Shown: positions 9,863 to 19,044 of the stretch, one piece after another
How the letters are laid out: each line of letters opens with the position of its first letter
How positions within the stretch are numbered: position 1 is the first letter of the stretch
DNA from: an uncultured Actinomycetota bacterium
GTDB taxonomy: Bacteria > Actinomycetota > Thermoleophilia > Solirubrobacterales > Solirubrobacteraceae
Assembly (NCBI GenBank): GCA_963695625.1
Contig: CAVOHJ010000004.1
Coordinates: forward strand, 381,743-445,742
Length of the DNA stretch: 64,000 nucleotides
Direction: 5' to 3'
Notes under the pieces: generated by a model
Databases searched by the model: none
What the model was told of the DNA's origin: nothing
The model's input: the letters and a program-made list of their open reading frames with translations, nothing else
Translations under genes and position numbers: made by a program

Positions 9863-10225
9863 ATGCGCTACATCCTGCTGATCTACCAGAACCCCGAAGC
9901 CTGGAACGGCCTCTCTCAGGAGGACAAAGACGTCTTCATGCACGCCGCCGGCGACATCGTCGAGGAGCTGTCGGCGAGCGGCGAGTGGGTCGGCGGCGAA
10001 GGCCTGGCCGACACCTCACAGGCGCGGTCGACGCACGTGCGCGATGGCGTCGTCACCGTCACCGATGGGCCGTTCCTGGAGGCCAAGGAAGCGCTGGCCG
10101 GGTACTGCATCGTCGACGTCGCGACCGGGGAGCGCGCCGAGGAGATCGCCGCGCGCTGGCCGGACGCCCAGCACTGGGGCATGGAAATCCGCGCGCTGAT
10201 GCACGGTGGCGGGGAAGAGGCATGA
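9863..10225 (+). CDS. YCII-related / DGPF domain protein
   Basis: MRYILLIY... start and the VTVTDGPFLEAKEALAGY (DGPF) motif. 120 aa. Confidence 0.85.
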   Translation: MRYILLIYQNPEAWNGLSQEDKDVFMHAAGDIVEELSASGEWVGGEGLADTSQARSTHVRDGVVTVTDGPFLEAKEALAGYCIVDVATGERAEEIAARWPDAQHWGMEIRALMHGGGEEA

Positions 10226-10228
10226 CCG

Positions 10229-10858
10229 ATGCTCACCCTCTACGAGCACCCCTTCGCGCTCTACTGCCAGAAGGTCCTGATCGCGCTCAACGAGGAGGGC
10301 ATCGCCTACGACGTCCTCGAGGAGCAACGCGATTTCGACCGCGCCGAGCTTGCCCGATTGTGGCCGCCGGCATCGATCCCGGTGCTTCGCGACGGCGACA
10401 AGGTGATCGGCGAGACGTCGATCATCATCGAACACGTCGCCGGCGCGCGGTTGGTTTCGTCGCTCGAGGCGCGTAAATGGGACCGCCTGTGTGACCAGTA
10501 CGTTTCGGACGCCGTGCAGGCGATCGTCCTCGACACGGTCGAGGAGCGCTTTAACGAGCGCACGGTCGCCCGCGCGCGCAGCCGGCTCGACATGATCTAC
10601 GGCATGCTCGAGGCGCAGTTGACCCCCAACGAGTTCCTCGCGGGCGACACGTTCACGATCGCCGACTGCGCTGCCGCGCCGGGCCTGTTCTACGCCCTGG
10701 CGCTCCGCCCGTGGGACGAGGGCACGCACCCGCAGCTCACGCGGTACTACCGCGCGCTTGCTCGGCGTCCATCCGTCGCCAAGGTGATCGCCGACGCACG
10801 ACCGTACCGGCACCTGTTCCCGCTGCCATGGCCGGCCGACTTCGACCGCTACCACTGA
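10229..10858 (+). CDS. Glutathione S-transferase family protein
   Basis: Thioredoxin-like N-terminus MLTLYEHPFALYCQKV..., IPVLRDGD..., helical C-terminal domain. 209 aa. Confidence 0.7.
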   Translation: MLTLYEHPFALYCQKVLIALNEEGIAYDVLEEQRDFDRAELARLWPPASIPVLRDGDKVIGETSIIIEHVAGARLVSSLEARKWDRLCDQYVSDAVQAIVLDTVEERFNERTVARARSRLDMIYGMLEAQLTPNEFLAGDTFTIADCAAAPGLFYALALRPWDEGTHPQLTRYYRALARRPSVAKVIADARPYRHLFPLPWPADFDRYH

Positions 10859-10952
10859 CGTCCCGCGAAGAGAAGCGAGCTACCGGCACGAACCGCGATG
10901 ACAGCGCCGCCAGTGGGTTGTTTGGCTGGCGGATGGACCGGCCGGTAGCCTC

Positions 10953-12638
10953 GTGCCAATGGCGACGATCGAGGTGATTCGCAGCGAACAGTTCCCCGAT
11001 CTGGCGGACGAAGTGCTGTTCCCACGGCTGTCTGACGCCAAGCTGGCGTGGCTGAGCAAGCGTGGTCGGCGGCGGACGGTTGCCGCCGGTGAGGTCCTGT
11101 ACGAGCACGGCGTCCGCGACGCGCCGTTCTTCGTGATCGAGCGCGGGCTCGTCGAGTTCATAGACCGCAAGCCCGGCAAGGACGTGTACATCGCTCAAGC
11201 GGACGGTCGCACGTTCATCGGTGATATCGCGGTGTTCACCGGTGAGCCGACGATCAGCGCGTGCGTGGCCGTCGAGTCGACGGACGTGATCGAGTTTGAC
11301 CGGGGCAAGTTGCGTGCGATGGTGGCTCGCTGGCCGGAGTTCGGCGAGCACATCTTCGCCACGCTGCTGGAACGGCGCGCATGGCACGAGGCCAGGGGGG
11401 ACGGCGTGATGCGGCTCATCGCTCCACGAGGATCCCGTCGGGCCTTCGAAGTCCGCGATCTGCTCGAGCGCAACCTGCTGCCGGTGCGTTTCTTCGACGT
11501 CGACACTGACGAGGACAGTGCCGCGATGCTGAAGTGGCTCGACATCCCACGCTCTGAGACGCCGGTCCTGGTCCACGCGACCGAGGTGATGCGGAACCCC
11601 TCCGCGGCGCAGGTCGCGCGGTCGCTCCGCCTCCGCGCTGAGGTGGACGGTGAGCGGTTCGACATGGTTGTGCTCGGCGGCGGACCAGCGGGCCTGGCGG
11701 CCGCGGTCTACGGCGGCTCGGAGGGGCTCAGGACGTTCGTTGCGGAGGCCTGGGCGCCCGGTGGTCAGGCCGGGACCAGCACGCGGATCGAGAACTACCT
11801 TGGTTTTCCGACCGGGATCTCCGGCAGCCAGTTGACCCGCAACGCGACGCTGCAGGCCCGACGCTTCGATGCCGTGCTGTCGAGCTTTCACCGTGCCGTC
11901 GAGATGGCCGACGGACCCGACGGGTTGGTGCGTGTCGACCTCGACGACGGCCAGCACGTGATCGCCCGTTCGGTGGTTATGGCCACCGGTGCACGGTGGC
12001 GCGAGCTGGATGCCGAAGGCATCGACCGCTTCCGCGGCGCCGGCGTGTATCACGCCGCGATGGCCACCGACGCCGAGCGCTCGCGGAACGAGGATGTGAT
12101 CGTCGTCGGCGGCGGCAACTCGGCCGGGCAGGCGGCGCTGCACCTCGCGTCACGGGCGCGCAGTGTGCGCGTCGTCGTGCGAGGCAAGGCCCTGAGCGCG
12201 ACGATGTCGCGCTATCTGCTCGACCGGATCGAGCGGTCGCCTCGTATCGAGGTGATGACCGAGACCGAGGTCGTGGCCGTGCACGGCACGGCGACCGTGG
12301 AGTCCGTCGACCTCCGCGATGGCCGCACCGGCACGATCGCGCCCGTGACCGCGACGGCCGTGTTCGTCATGATCGGCGCTACCCCCTGCAATGAAGCGGC
12401 GCGCGGGGTGCTTGCCCTCGATGCCGCCGGCTACCTGTTGTGCGGAAGCGGAGCGGCGGGCTGCGACGGGCATCTGTCGTGGCCACTGAAAGACCGCGAG
12501 CCGCATCTTCTCGAGACGGTCCGTCCAGGAGTCTTCACCGCCGGTGACGTGCGCGCCGGAGCGACAAACCGGGTGGCGGGTGCGGTCGGTGACGGCGCCC
12601 TCGCCGTACGGTTCGCGCACGACGTGCTTGCGGGCTAG
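10953..12638 (+). CDS. Cyclic-nucleotide-binding domain fused to a thioredoxin-reductase-like FAD/NAD(P) oxidoreductase
   Basis: N-terminal cNMP-like beta-roll (FFVIERGLVEF...FIGDIAVFTGEP), then VVLGGGPAGLAAA (FAD) and VIVVGGGNSAGQAA (NADPH) Rossmann motifs, and C-terminal GVFTAGDVR. Confidence 0.85.
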   Translation: MPMATIEVIRSEQFPDLADEVLFPRLSDAKLAWLSKRGRRRTVAAGEVLYEHGVRDAPFFVIERGLVEFIDRKPGKDVYIAQADGRTFIGDIAVFTGEPTISACVAVESTDVIEFDRGKLRAMVARWPEFGEHIFATLLERRAWHEARGDGVMRLIAPRGSRRAFEVRDLLERNLLPVRFFDVDTDEDSAAMLKWLDIPRSETPVLVHATEVMRNPSAAQVARSLRLRAEVDGERFDMVVLGGGPAGLAAAVYGGSEGLRTFVAEAWAPGGQAGTSTRIENYLGFPTGISGSQLTRNATLQARRFDAVLSSFHRAVEMADGPDGLVRVDLDDGQHVIARSVVMATGARWRELDAEGIDRFRGAGVYHAAMATDAERSRNEDVIVVGGGNSAGQAALHLASRARSVRVVVRGKALSATMSRYLLDRIERSPRIEVMTETEVVAVHGTATVESVDLRDGRTGTIAPVTATAVFVMIGATPCNEAARGVLALDAAGYLLCGSGAAGCDGHLSWPLKDREPHLLETVRPGVFTAGDVRAGATNRVAGAVGDGALAVRFAHDVLAG

Positions 12639-13162
12639 CGCTCGCTGCACAAAGGAATCGCCCGGTTCTCGGTGGGGGTGGCGATTGCGTACAGCTGCGT
12701 GAGGAGCTCGCGTAGTTGCGCGAACTTTCGGGCTCCCAGTTGCTGTTCCCACTCGCGTTCGACGTGTTGGACGATCTCGCGGATGGCTTTGATCGCGGCG
12801 TGGCCTCTGGGGGTCAGGCGGATCCGCTTGGAGCGCTGATCCTTGTTGTCGGCTTCGCGGGTCAGGTATCCGAGCTGTTGGAGCTGGCCGAGCAGGTAGT
12901 TGAGCGCCTGTTTGGTCATACGCGTCTGGGTCGCGAGCTCCAACGGGCGCTGGTTCTCGGGGCCGGGGTACTGGAACACGTCCAGGTGCGCTGCGACCAG
13001 GTCGGTGAAGCCGCGCTCGTGCAGGCCGGCGAGCATCCGGTCGCGCACGGTCTCGAACGGGACCCGCAGGAGCGCGCCGATCAGCGGCGGCGGGGCGGCG
13101 TCGTCTGCAAGACCGTGGGTAAAGTCACTTGACAAACTCATGGCGGCCAGTATATTGGTCAA
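12635..13162 (-). CDS. MarR family transcriptional regulator
   Basis: Winged-helix ...LATQTRMTKQALNYLLGQLQQLGYLTRE.D..DQRSKRIRLTPRG. Divergent from a cupin gene. Confidence 0.9.
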   Translation of the reverse strand: MTNILAAMSLSSDFTHGLADDAAPPPLIGALLRVPFETVRDRMLAGLHERGFTDLVAAHLDVFQYPGPENQRPLELATQTRMTKQALNYLLGQLQQLGYLTREADNKDQRSKRIRLTPRGHAAIKAIREIVQHVEREWEQQLGARKFAQLRELLTQLYAIATPTENRAIPLCSER

Positions 13163-13172
13163 GTCACTTTAC
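13119..13172 (+). promoter_or_regulatory. Sigma70-like promoter (TTGACA-N16-TATATT) bracketed by a 15-bp inverted repeat; probable MarR operator
   Basis: GTAAAGTCACTTGAC (13119-13133) and GTCAAGTCACTTTAC (13158-13172) are reverse complements except for the central base. TTGACA at 13129-13134 and TATATT at 13151-13156. AAAGGAG RBS lies before ATG 13203. Confidence 0.6.
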
Positions 13173-13202
13173 TCGTGTGCGCTTTGCCCGAAAGGAGCCA
13201 TC

Positions 13203-13658
13203 ATGTACGAGACCATCAGCAACGACATGATCACCGTCGGTGCGCTCGGCGTCCGCTTCATGGTCGAGCCCGCAGACTCGAACGGGAGCGCGTCAGTGTT
13301 CGAGTGCTACGTCCCCATGAACTCGCGGATGCCGGCACCGCACAGCCACGACGGGTTCGAGGAAACCATCTACGGAGTCGAGGGCACCACGACCTGGACG
13401 ATCGACGGCGACACGATCGAGGTCGGACCTGGCGACGCGGTGTGCGTGCAGCGCGGTCAGGTCCACGGGTTTGAGAACCACGGCGACGTCGACGCGACCT
13501 TCCTGGCGATCGCGACCCCGGCCCTGTTCGGGCCGGCCTATTTCCGCGAGATCGGCGAGGTCCTCGCCGCGAGCGCCGGCGGGCCGCCGGACCTCGCCGG
13601 GATCGGCGAGGTGATGCGCCGCCACGGCCTCACCCCGGTGCCGCCCCGCGCCGCCTGA
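13203..13658 (+). CDS. Cupin domain protein
   Basis: Cupin metal motifs PAPHSHDGFEETIYGVEGT and GQVHGFENHG. RBS AAAGGAG lies 6 nt upstream of the ATG. Confidence 0.85.
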   Translation: MYETISNDMITVGALGVRFMVEPADSNGSASVFECYVPMNSRMPAPHSHDGFEETIYGVEGTTTWTIDGDTIEVGPGDAVCVQRGQVHGFENHGDVDATFLAIATPALFGPAYFREIGEVLAASAGGPPDLAGIGEVMRRHGLTPVPPRAA

Positions 13659-13747
13659 CCCCGCTATCCGAGCGTCCGCTGGCAAACGCTTCAGACCCCG
13701 CAAGCGGATGCCCCTGCCGTCTGCACTCTCACGGCTAGGCTCCTGTT

Positions 13748-14329
13748 GTGCCCAAGGGACGGCTGGAGGCGTTCAGCGATGGCGTGATCGCGATCCTGAT
13801 CACGATCATGGTGCTCGAGTTGCGCATCCCGGTGGGCACCTCGTGGCATGCGTTGGGGCATGAGCTTCCGGTGCTCCTCGCCTACGCGCTCAGCTTCGTG
13901 TACCTCGGGATCTACTGGAACAACCATCACCACATGCTGGCGGCCGTCTCGCGGGTGACCGGCGGAGCGATGTGGGCCAACCTGCACCTGCTCTTCTGGC
14001 TGTCCTTGATCCCGTTCAGTACCGCGTGGATGAGCGAGCACCGGTTTCCATCGGTCCCGACCGCCGTCTACGGCATCGTCCTGCTCTGCGCCGCGATCGC
14101 CTACTACCTCCTGCAGACGATGCTGCTCCGTGCCGAGGGCGCGCGATCGGTGCTGCGCACTGCCCTCGGTTCCGACGTGAAGGGCAAGATCTCGCCGCTC
14201 CTGTACTGCCTCGGGATCGGGCTGTCGTTTGCCGATCGCTGGCTCGCCCTCGCCGTGTACGTCGGCGTGGCGCTCATGTGGCTCGTGCCCGACCGACGCG
14301 TCGAACGCCACGTGAGCAGCGTTCCGTGA
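13748..14329 (+). CDS. TMEM175/DUF1211 family potassium channel-like membrane protein
   Basis: Signature RLEAFSDGVIAILITIMVLEL at the N-terminus, about 6 TM helices, 193 aa. Confidence 0.85.
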   Translation: MPKGRLEAFSDGVIAILITIMVLELRIPVGTSWHALGHELPVLLAYALSFVYLGIYWNNHHHMLAAVSRVTGGAMWANLHLLFWLSLIPFSTAWMSEHRFPSVPTAVYGIVLLCAAIAYYLLQTMLLRAEGARSVLRTALGSDVKGKISPLLYCLGIGLSFADRWLALAVYVGVALMWLVPDRRVERHVSSVP

Positions 14330-14347
14330 AGCCACGGGAATAGGCCT

Positions 14348-14666
14348 TCACGCACTCTCGCGGATCGGCTGGGCGAGCCCGATGAGGTTGCCCTCGCCGT
14401 CGTAGAAGAACGTGCCGAGCTCGCTGGCCATCTGGGTCGATGCTCCCGACGCCGCCCGCGCCGAGTTGAAGAGATGGAACTCCGTCGGCCCGCACACGTA
14501 GCGCAGGCCACCGGTGCGCTCCTCGACCGGCTCGAGCCCGAGCTTGTCGCCGGTAGAAGGCACGCGCCCGCTCAAGGTCCTGGGCGGGGAGCTTGGTGAC
14601 GGTGGGCGTTGCCGAGCGGTCCGGACATGGGCGCTCTCCTTTGATGATCTCAGGGGATGAGGACAA
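14348..14666 (-). pseudogene. VOC (glyoxalase/bleomycin-resistance) family gene interrupted by one or two frameshifts
   Basis: N-terminal ...TVTKLPAQDLERARAFYR is in one frame and DKLGLEPVEERTGGLRYVCGPTEFHLF...FFYDGEGNLIGLAQP in another. The junction is at TACCGGCGACAAG (about 14535-14545). A good RBS+ATG (AGGAGAGCGCCCATG, ATG at 14626-14628) is in a third frame, which suggests a second indel. Confidence 0.7.
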
Positions 14667-14795
14667 GATCTCACGAGGGCCGCGAACTCATCGCTGTCGT
14701 GTACCACGACAGCAGACACGCGAAGGCTCGCCCGAACCGCTCGTCCAGCTCCACGGCCGCAGCCAACGCGAGGCTGCGCGTGCGAGACTGGATCG

Positions 14796-15626
14796 ATGCC
14801 GTGGTTTCAGGAGTTCTCGCTCGGCCAGGCGCTCGCTCACGCCAGCCCTGATCGGCGTCGCCTCGGGTTCTTTGAGGGGATTGAGGCTCGGAGTGCGAAC
14901 GAGCTGTGTACCTCGTTTCGAGCGATTCCGCTCATCGACGATCCGCGCTATGGACGCATCGACAGCCAGGATGCGTTTCGCGCATATATCGCTGACATGA
15001 AGGAATGGGTCGCTGAGCAACGCGGCGTTGACCCCGTCGCGCTGACCGAGAGCGGAATGCGGACCGTCGAGGAGGTCTCGGTCAAGCTGCCCGGCCCGCA
15101 CCCCGAGCTTCCCGTCGCGGTCGTCACCCAGCTCGCAACGGACAGGCGAATCGCTTGGGTACGCGTCTATCACAGCCTGTGGCCCCTGACGGGCGAGCAC
15201 CGGGTTCGGCCGCCCCTGCTCGAGCCGGACGCGAGCATCGTGCTGGACGGAGCACCGGCCGAGTATCAGCGTGCGCTGGCCGCCGGGGACGCCGATGCGA
15301 TCATCGCGGCGTTCGAGCCCGACGGCATCGTGCGCGAGCCCGCGGGAGGGCCGTACAGCTATGGCGGCGCCGCGCACCGGGCCATCTACGAGACGATGTT
15401 CGCGAATGGGGGCGGCATCCCGCTGCAGTTCTGCACCGTGACCGACGACGGGACGCGGTGCGCGATCGAGTACAACTGCGTGCGCTGGGGCAAGGACGCG
15501 ATGCCGCCTCACGCGGGTATCGCCGTGTACGAGCGGGGCGCCAGCGGCCGTCTCGCGGCCGCCCGCATCTACGACGACGTGACGCCTCCTGCCGCCAGCG
15601 ACTCAACCACACGACTCGAGCATTAG
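14796..15626 (+). CDS. NTF2-like (SnoaL-type) tandem-domain protein
   Basis: C-terminal half ...ALAAGDADAIIAAFEPDGIVREPAG...YDDV resembles the SnoaL/NTF2 fold. 276 aa. Start not well defined. Confidence 0.55.
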   Translation: MPWFQEFSLGQALAHASPDRRRLGFFEGIEARSANELCTSFRAIPLIDDPRYGRIDSQDAFRAYIADMKEWVAEQRGVDPVALTESGMRTVEEVSVKLPGPHPELPVAVVTQLATDRRIAWVRVYHSLWPLTGEHRVRPPLLEPDASIVLDGAPAEYQRALAAGDADAIIAAFEPDGIVREPAGGPYSYGGAAHRAIYETMFANGGGIPLQFCTVTDDGTRCAIEYNCVRWGKDAMPPHAGIAVYERGASGRLAAARIYDDVTPPAASDSTTRLEH

Positions 15627-15667
15627 CTCGGCGGCTCGCGGGTAACGGTCCGCGCTACCGCGCGTGC

Positions 15668-16699
15668 TCAACCCAGGACCACCTCGAGCACCCGGTCGAC
15701 ATCGCGCTCATCGTTGTAGACGTGCCAGGACGTCCGCAGGCGCCCGCCTCGCATGGCGGCCACGATCCCGGCTCGCTCGAGCCGCGCAGCCGCGTCGGGC
15801 ACGTCGGCGGAGACGATCGCGCTGTTGGCGGCCTCCATGCCCAGCCCGTCACGAAACCGGTTGGCCAGCGCGACGTCGTGGTCGTGAATCGCCCGGACGC
15901 CGATCTGCTCGATCAGCTCGAGGGCCGGCGCCGTGCCCACCCAACAGAACCACGCAGGAGACAGGTCCAAGCGCCGCGCCGAGCGGGCGAGGCGCAGCGG
16001 GGGCCCGAAGTAGCTGGCGTGCACGTCCTCGCCCGCGTACCAGCCGGCGCTCTGGGGAACCGCCGACTCCAGCATCCGGTCAGACACCGTGAGAAAGGCG
16101 GTGCCCCGCGGGGACATCAGCCACTTGTAGGCCCCGCAGACGACCGCGTCAAAGCGGCCGGCGTCGATGGGCAGCCAGCTCACCGCCTGGGTTGCGTCGC
16201 AGATCGTGACGGCGTCGACAGCCGACGCGGCCTCGAGGATCGCATCCACGTCGGCGACCTCGCCCGTGCTCATCTGGACCGCGCTGAAGGCGACGGCACC
16301 GGCGCCGTCGGCGACCGCGTCCGCCACCGCCGCGACCGGCACCGTTCGTACGTCGAGCCGGCTCTGGACCAGGTAGGGAAAGAGGTTGGAGGTGAACTCG
16401 ATGTCGGGAACGATCACCCGAGTTCCCGCCGGGAGCGCCGTGACCACAGAGCCCACGAGCTCTGACACTGTCGATCCCACCGCGACGCGCGCAACCTCGA
16501 CGCCGACGATCCGCGCAAACGCCGCCCGCGCGGCCTCGGTGCTCTCGCCCCAGTGCTCCCAGCTCGTGCGCCCGCCCCGCCAGTCGGCGAGCACCGCCTG
16601 CAGGGCGTCCCAGGCCGGACGCGGCGGGAGCCCGTAGGTGGCCGTATTGCAGTACACGCCGGCCGGTGACCACAGCTCCCGCACCTCGGCGATCCTCAT
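15668..16699 (-). CDS. Aminotransferase class V-fold PLP-dependent enzyme
   Basis: Fold-type I pattern with the putative PLP lysine in CGAYKWLMSPRGTAFL. 343 aa. Confidence 0.75.
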   Translation of the reverse strand: MRIAEVRELWSPAGVYCNTATYGLPPRPAWDALQAVLADWRGGRTSWEHWGESTEAARAAFARIVGVEVARVAVGSTVSELVGSVVTALPAGTRVIVPDIEFTSNLFPYLVQSRLDVRTVPVAAVADAVADGAGAVAFSAVQMSTGEVADVDAILEAASAVDAVTICDATQAVSWLPIDAGRFDAVVCGAYKWLMSPRGTAFLTVSDRMLESAVPQSAGWYAGEDVHASYFGPPLRLARSARRLDLSPAWFCWVGTAPALELIEQIGVRAIHDHDVALANRFRDGLGMEAANSAIVSADVPDAAARLERAGIVAAMRGGRLRTSWHVYNDERDVDRVLEVVLG

Positions 16700-16740
16700 G
16701 CCGACACGCTACCGTCGGCGGCGCGAGCGCGCCAACTCAG

Positions 16741-17781
16741 CTACAGCGCGCGCACGATCGCGTCGGCCACCTCGTCAGTGGTGGCACGTCCGCCCACGTC
16801 AGGCGTGAGGATCCCCGCCGTGCAGGCCGATGCCACGGCGCTGTGGACGCGGCGGGCGCTCTCGCCGCGCCCGAGGTCCTCGAGCATCATCGCGGCGGAC
16901 AGGACCGTCCCGATCGGGTTGGCCAGTCCCCTGCCGACGAGGTCGAACGCCGAGCCGTGGACGGGCTCGTACATCGACGGGCGCGACCGGTCGAGGCTGA
17001 GGTTGGCGCTCGGCGCCATGCCGAGGCTGCCCGCGAGGGCCCCGGTGAGATCCGACAGGATGTCGCCGTGCAGGTTGGAGGCCACGATCACGTCGAACTC
17101 CTGGGGCGCCAGGACGAGCCGCGCCGCCGCTGCGTCAACGAGGACCGGTTCCCAGTGCACGTCGGGGTAGCCCGCTGCGACCTCGGCGACGACCTCGTCC
17201 CACAGGACGCTGGCGTGCGGGCTGGCGTTGGACTTGGTGACGCTCGTGAGGTGCCGGGCCGGCCGCGTGCGGGCGAGATCGAAGGCGAAGCGCGCGGTGC
17301 GGGCGATGGCGTCATGGGAGTAGACGGTGGTCTGGACCGCGACCTCGCCCGGCAGGCCCCGGCGGGTGAAGCCGCCGATGCCGGAGTACTCGCCTTCGGT
17401 GTTCTCGCGCACCACCACGAGGTCGACGTCGTCCGGCCCGCGGTCCGCCAGCGGCCCGCGGATCCCGGGCAGCAGCCGGGCCGGTCGCAGGCTGACGCCG
17501 AGATCGAACCCCTGGACGATGGCGAGCCGCAGGCCCCACAGGGTCACGTGATCGGGCACCTCGCGCGACCCGACGGCGCCGAACAGGATGGCGTCGAACG
17601 CGGCCAGAGTCTCCAGCGCGCCGCCGGGCAGCATCCGCCCGGTCCTGAGGTAGTGGTCCGAGCCCCACGGGAATGTCTCGGTCGCAAGCTCCGCGCCCTC
17701 GAGCTCGGCGAGCACCCGGACCGCCACCGCACACACCTCAGGTCCGATCCCGTCGCCCGGGATGATCGCGATCCGGCTCAC
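16741..17781 (-). CDS. Isopropylmalate/tartrate dehydrogenase family (isocitrate/isopropylmalate dehydrogenase superfamily)
   Basis: MSRIAIIPGDGIGPEV N-terminus, ...NLHGDILSDL..., ...GSLGMAPSANL..., EPVHGSAFD. 346 aa. Confidence 0.88.
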   Translation of the reverse strand: MSRIAIIPGDGIGPEVCAVAVRVLAELEGAELATETFPWGSDHYLRTGRMLPGGALETLAAFDAILFGAVGSREVPDHVTLWGLRLAIVQGFDLGVSLRPARLLPGIRGPLADRGPDDVDLVVVRENTEGEYSGIGGFTRRGLPGEVAVQTTVYSHDAIARTARFAFDLARTRPARHLTSVTKSNASPHASVLWDEVVAEVAAGYPDVHWEPVLVDAAAARLVLAPQEFDVIVASNLHGDILSDLTGALAGSLGMAPSANLSLDRSRPSMYEPVHGSAFDLVGRGLANPIGTVLSAAMMLEDLGRGESARRVHSAVASACTAGILTPDVGGRATTDEVADAIVRAL

Positions 17782-17822
17782 GCGGGAATTGTCGCGCGAG
17801 ACCCGGTGACGAGCGGGAGTCC

Positions 17823-18011
17823 CTAATCGGGCTCGGACACCGGTGCCCGCGTCGCCACAGGTTCACCGGGAGCTGCGAACGCCGCTCGAGCCCCGGCGAG
17901 GACCCCCTGTGGAACTGGGTCGAGCGCGCTCGCGAGCGCGCTCAGCCGATCGATCAGGAGGTCGTTGGCGTCCCGACCGCCTCCCCAGGCGCCGGATCCA
18001 AATGGTTGCAC
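17823..18011 (-). CDS. Small hypothetical protein (62 aa) at the end of the ECF sigma operon
   Basis: High-GC3 ORF with a plausible sequence (...DANDLLIDRLSALASALDPVPQGVLAGARAAF...). GTG start. No family recognised. Confidence 0.3.
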   Translation of the reverse strand: MQPFGSGAWGGGRDANDLLIDRLSALASALDPVPQGVLAGARAAFAAPGEPVATRAPVSEPD

Positions 18012-18053
18012 TGCCTATGAGAGCCGTTTGCGCATGGTCCTGATACAGAGCCG

Positions 18054-18366
18054 TCAGTGGATGGCGTTCTGCATGCGCTGCACGAGCGTCAGGGCCCTCG
18101 GCTCGCTCGCCTGCCACACCCGCTCCAGGTGCCGGGCCGCCGACTCCTCCCGGTTGAGCGCAGCGAGATAGGAGCAGTAGGCGATGTCGTCGTCGCCGCC
18201 CGGTGCGCCAGGCGCGCAGCGCACGCTCGCATTCGCTCTCGGCGATGAACCACGCGAGGTGGGCGTCGTCGAGTCTGCCGACGCGCATCTCGGCGATCGC
18301 GGCCTCGGTGGCGTCAGTCGTGCCGGCGGTGCCGGCGGTGTCGATGGTGTTGGTGGGCTTGGTCAT
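18054..18366 (-). pseudogene. Small helical protein downstream of the ECF sigma (possible anti-sigma/partner), split by one frameshift
   Basis: Frame A reads MTKPTNTID...RLDDAHLAWFIAESECERALRAWRTG. Frame B continues GDDDIAYCSYLAALNREESAARHLERVWQASEPRALTLVQRMQNAIH*. Both frames have coding-like GC3. The junction is near 18195-18205. The gene starts 14 nt after the sigma stop. Confidence 0.5.
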
Positions 18367-18379
18367 CGTGGCGCCTCCT

Positions 18380-18994
18380 TTAGGCGGTCATGAGGGTGAG
18401 GGTTCCCTGGTCGTCCAGTTCGCGCCGCAGACGCGCGAGGGCGCGCTGTCGCGTGGGTCCGATGCTTCCGATGGGGATGTCCAGCGCCGCCGCGATCTCC
18501 TCGTAGGGGAGGCGCGGGTCGGCCATCAGCAGGCGCAGCAGCGCCTGGTCGGAGGGCCGCAGGCGTGCGAAGCTGCGCCACAGCGCGGCGTCGCGCTCGC
18601 TGATGAGCAGCGCCTCTGCCGGAGGCATATCCGGCGACTCGTACTCGGGCGCCTCGGCGCCGTAGAGGACGCTGCGGTCGCTGTCGCGGATGACCCGCAG
18701 GCACTCACGACGGGCCGTCGTGGCCAGCCACGCTCCGACCCGAGCCGGGTCGTTGAGTCGCGTCAGGTGCTCGAAGAGTCGCAGCCACGTCGCCTGCGCC
18801 ACGTCGGCGGCGTTGGCGTCATGGAGGCGATGCGCCCGGGCGATGGCCCAGATCATCGCGCCGAACTCGCGGACGAGCGCGTCCCAGGCGCGCTGGTCAC
18901 CGCCGGCGGCGGCGTGGACCAGCCGCGCCAGACGGTGTCCGGGCAGGCGGTGGCGCGCCGTGCGGGTGTGGGAGTGAGTGAAGGTGACGGCCAT
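18380..18994 (-). CDS. ECF-family RNA polymerase sigma factor
   Basis: Region 2 ...AADVAQATWLRLFEHL...VGAWLATTARRECLRV and region 4 ...LPYEEIAAALDIPIGSIGPTRQRALARLR. ATG at 18994 gives 204 aa; the longer ORF-track extension looks non-coding. Confidence 0.9.
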   Translation of the reverse strand: MAVTFTHSHTRTARHRLPGHRLARLVHAAAGGDQRAWDALVREFGAMIWAIARAHRLHDANAADVAQATWLRLFEHLTRLNDPARVGAWLATTARRECLRVIRDSDRSVLYGAEAPEYESPDMPPAEALLISERDAALWRSFARLRPSDQALLRLLMADPRLPYEEIAAALDIPIGSIGPTRQRALARLRRELDDQGTLTLMTA

Positions 18995-19044
18995 CAGTTC
19001 GGTTCCTTCTGCCTGACCGGGCAGGACGGTCCCGGGCAGAGCGG

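Noticed and set aside
10737-12143. Long antisense or out-of-frame ORFs of 200-630 aa throughout the track (for example 10737-12143 -, 4954-6054 -, 15155-16465 +, 16666-17826 +, 26035-27672 +, 29395-30771 +, 34268-35782 +, 44338-45456 +, 45470-46654 -, 61504-62757 +)
   Set aside because: They overlap confidently assigned genes, translate to Arg/Ala/Pro/Gly-rich low-complexity strings, and lack recognisable motifs. They are typical shadow ORFs of very high-GC DNA where stop codons are rare.
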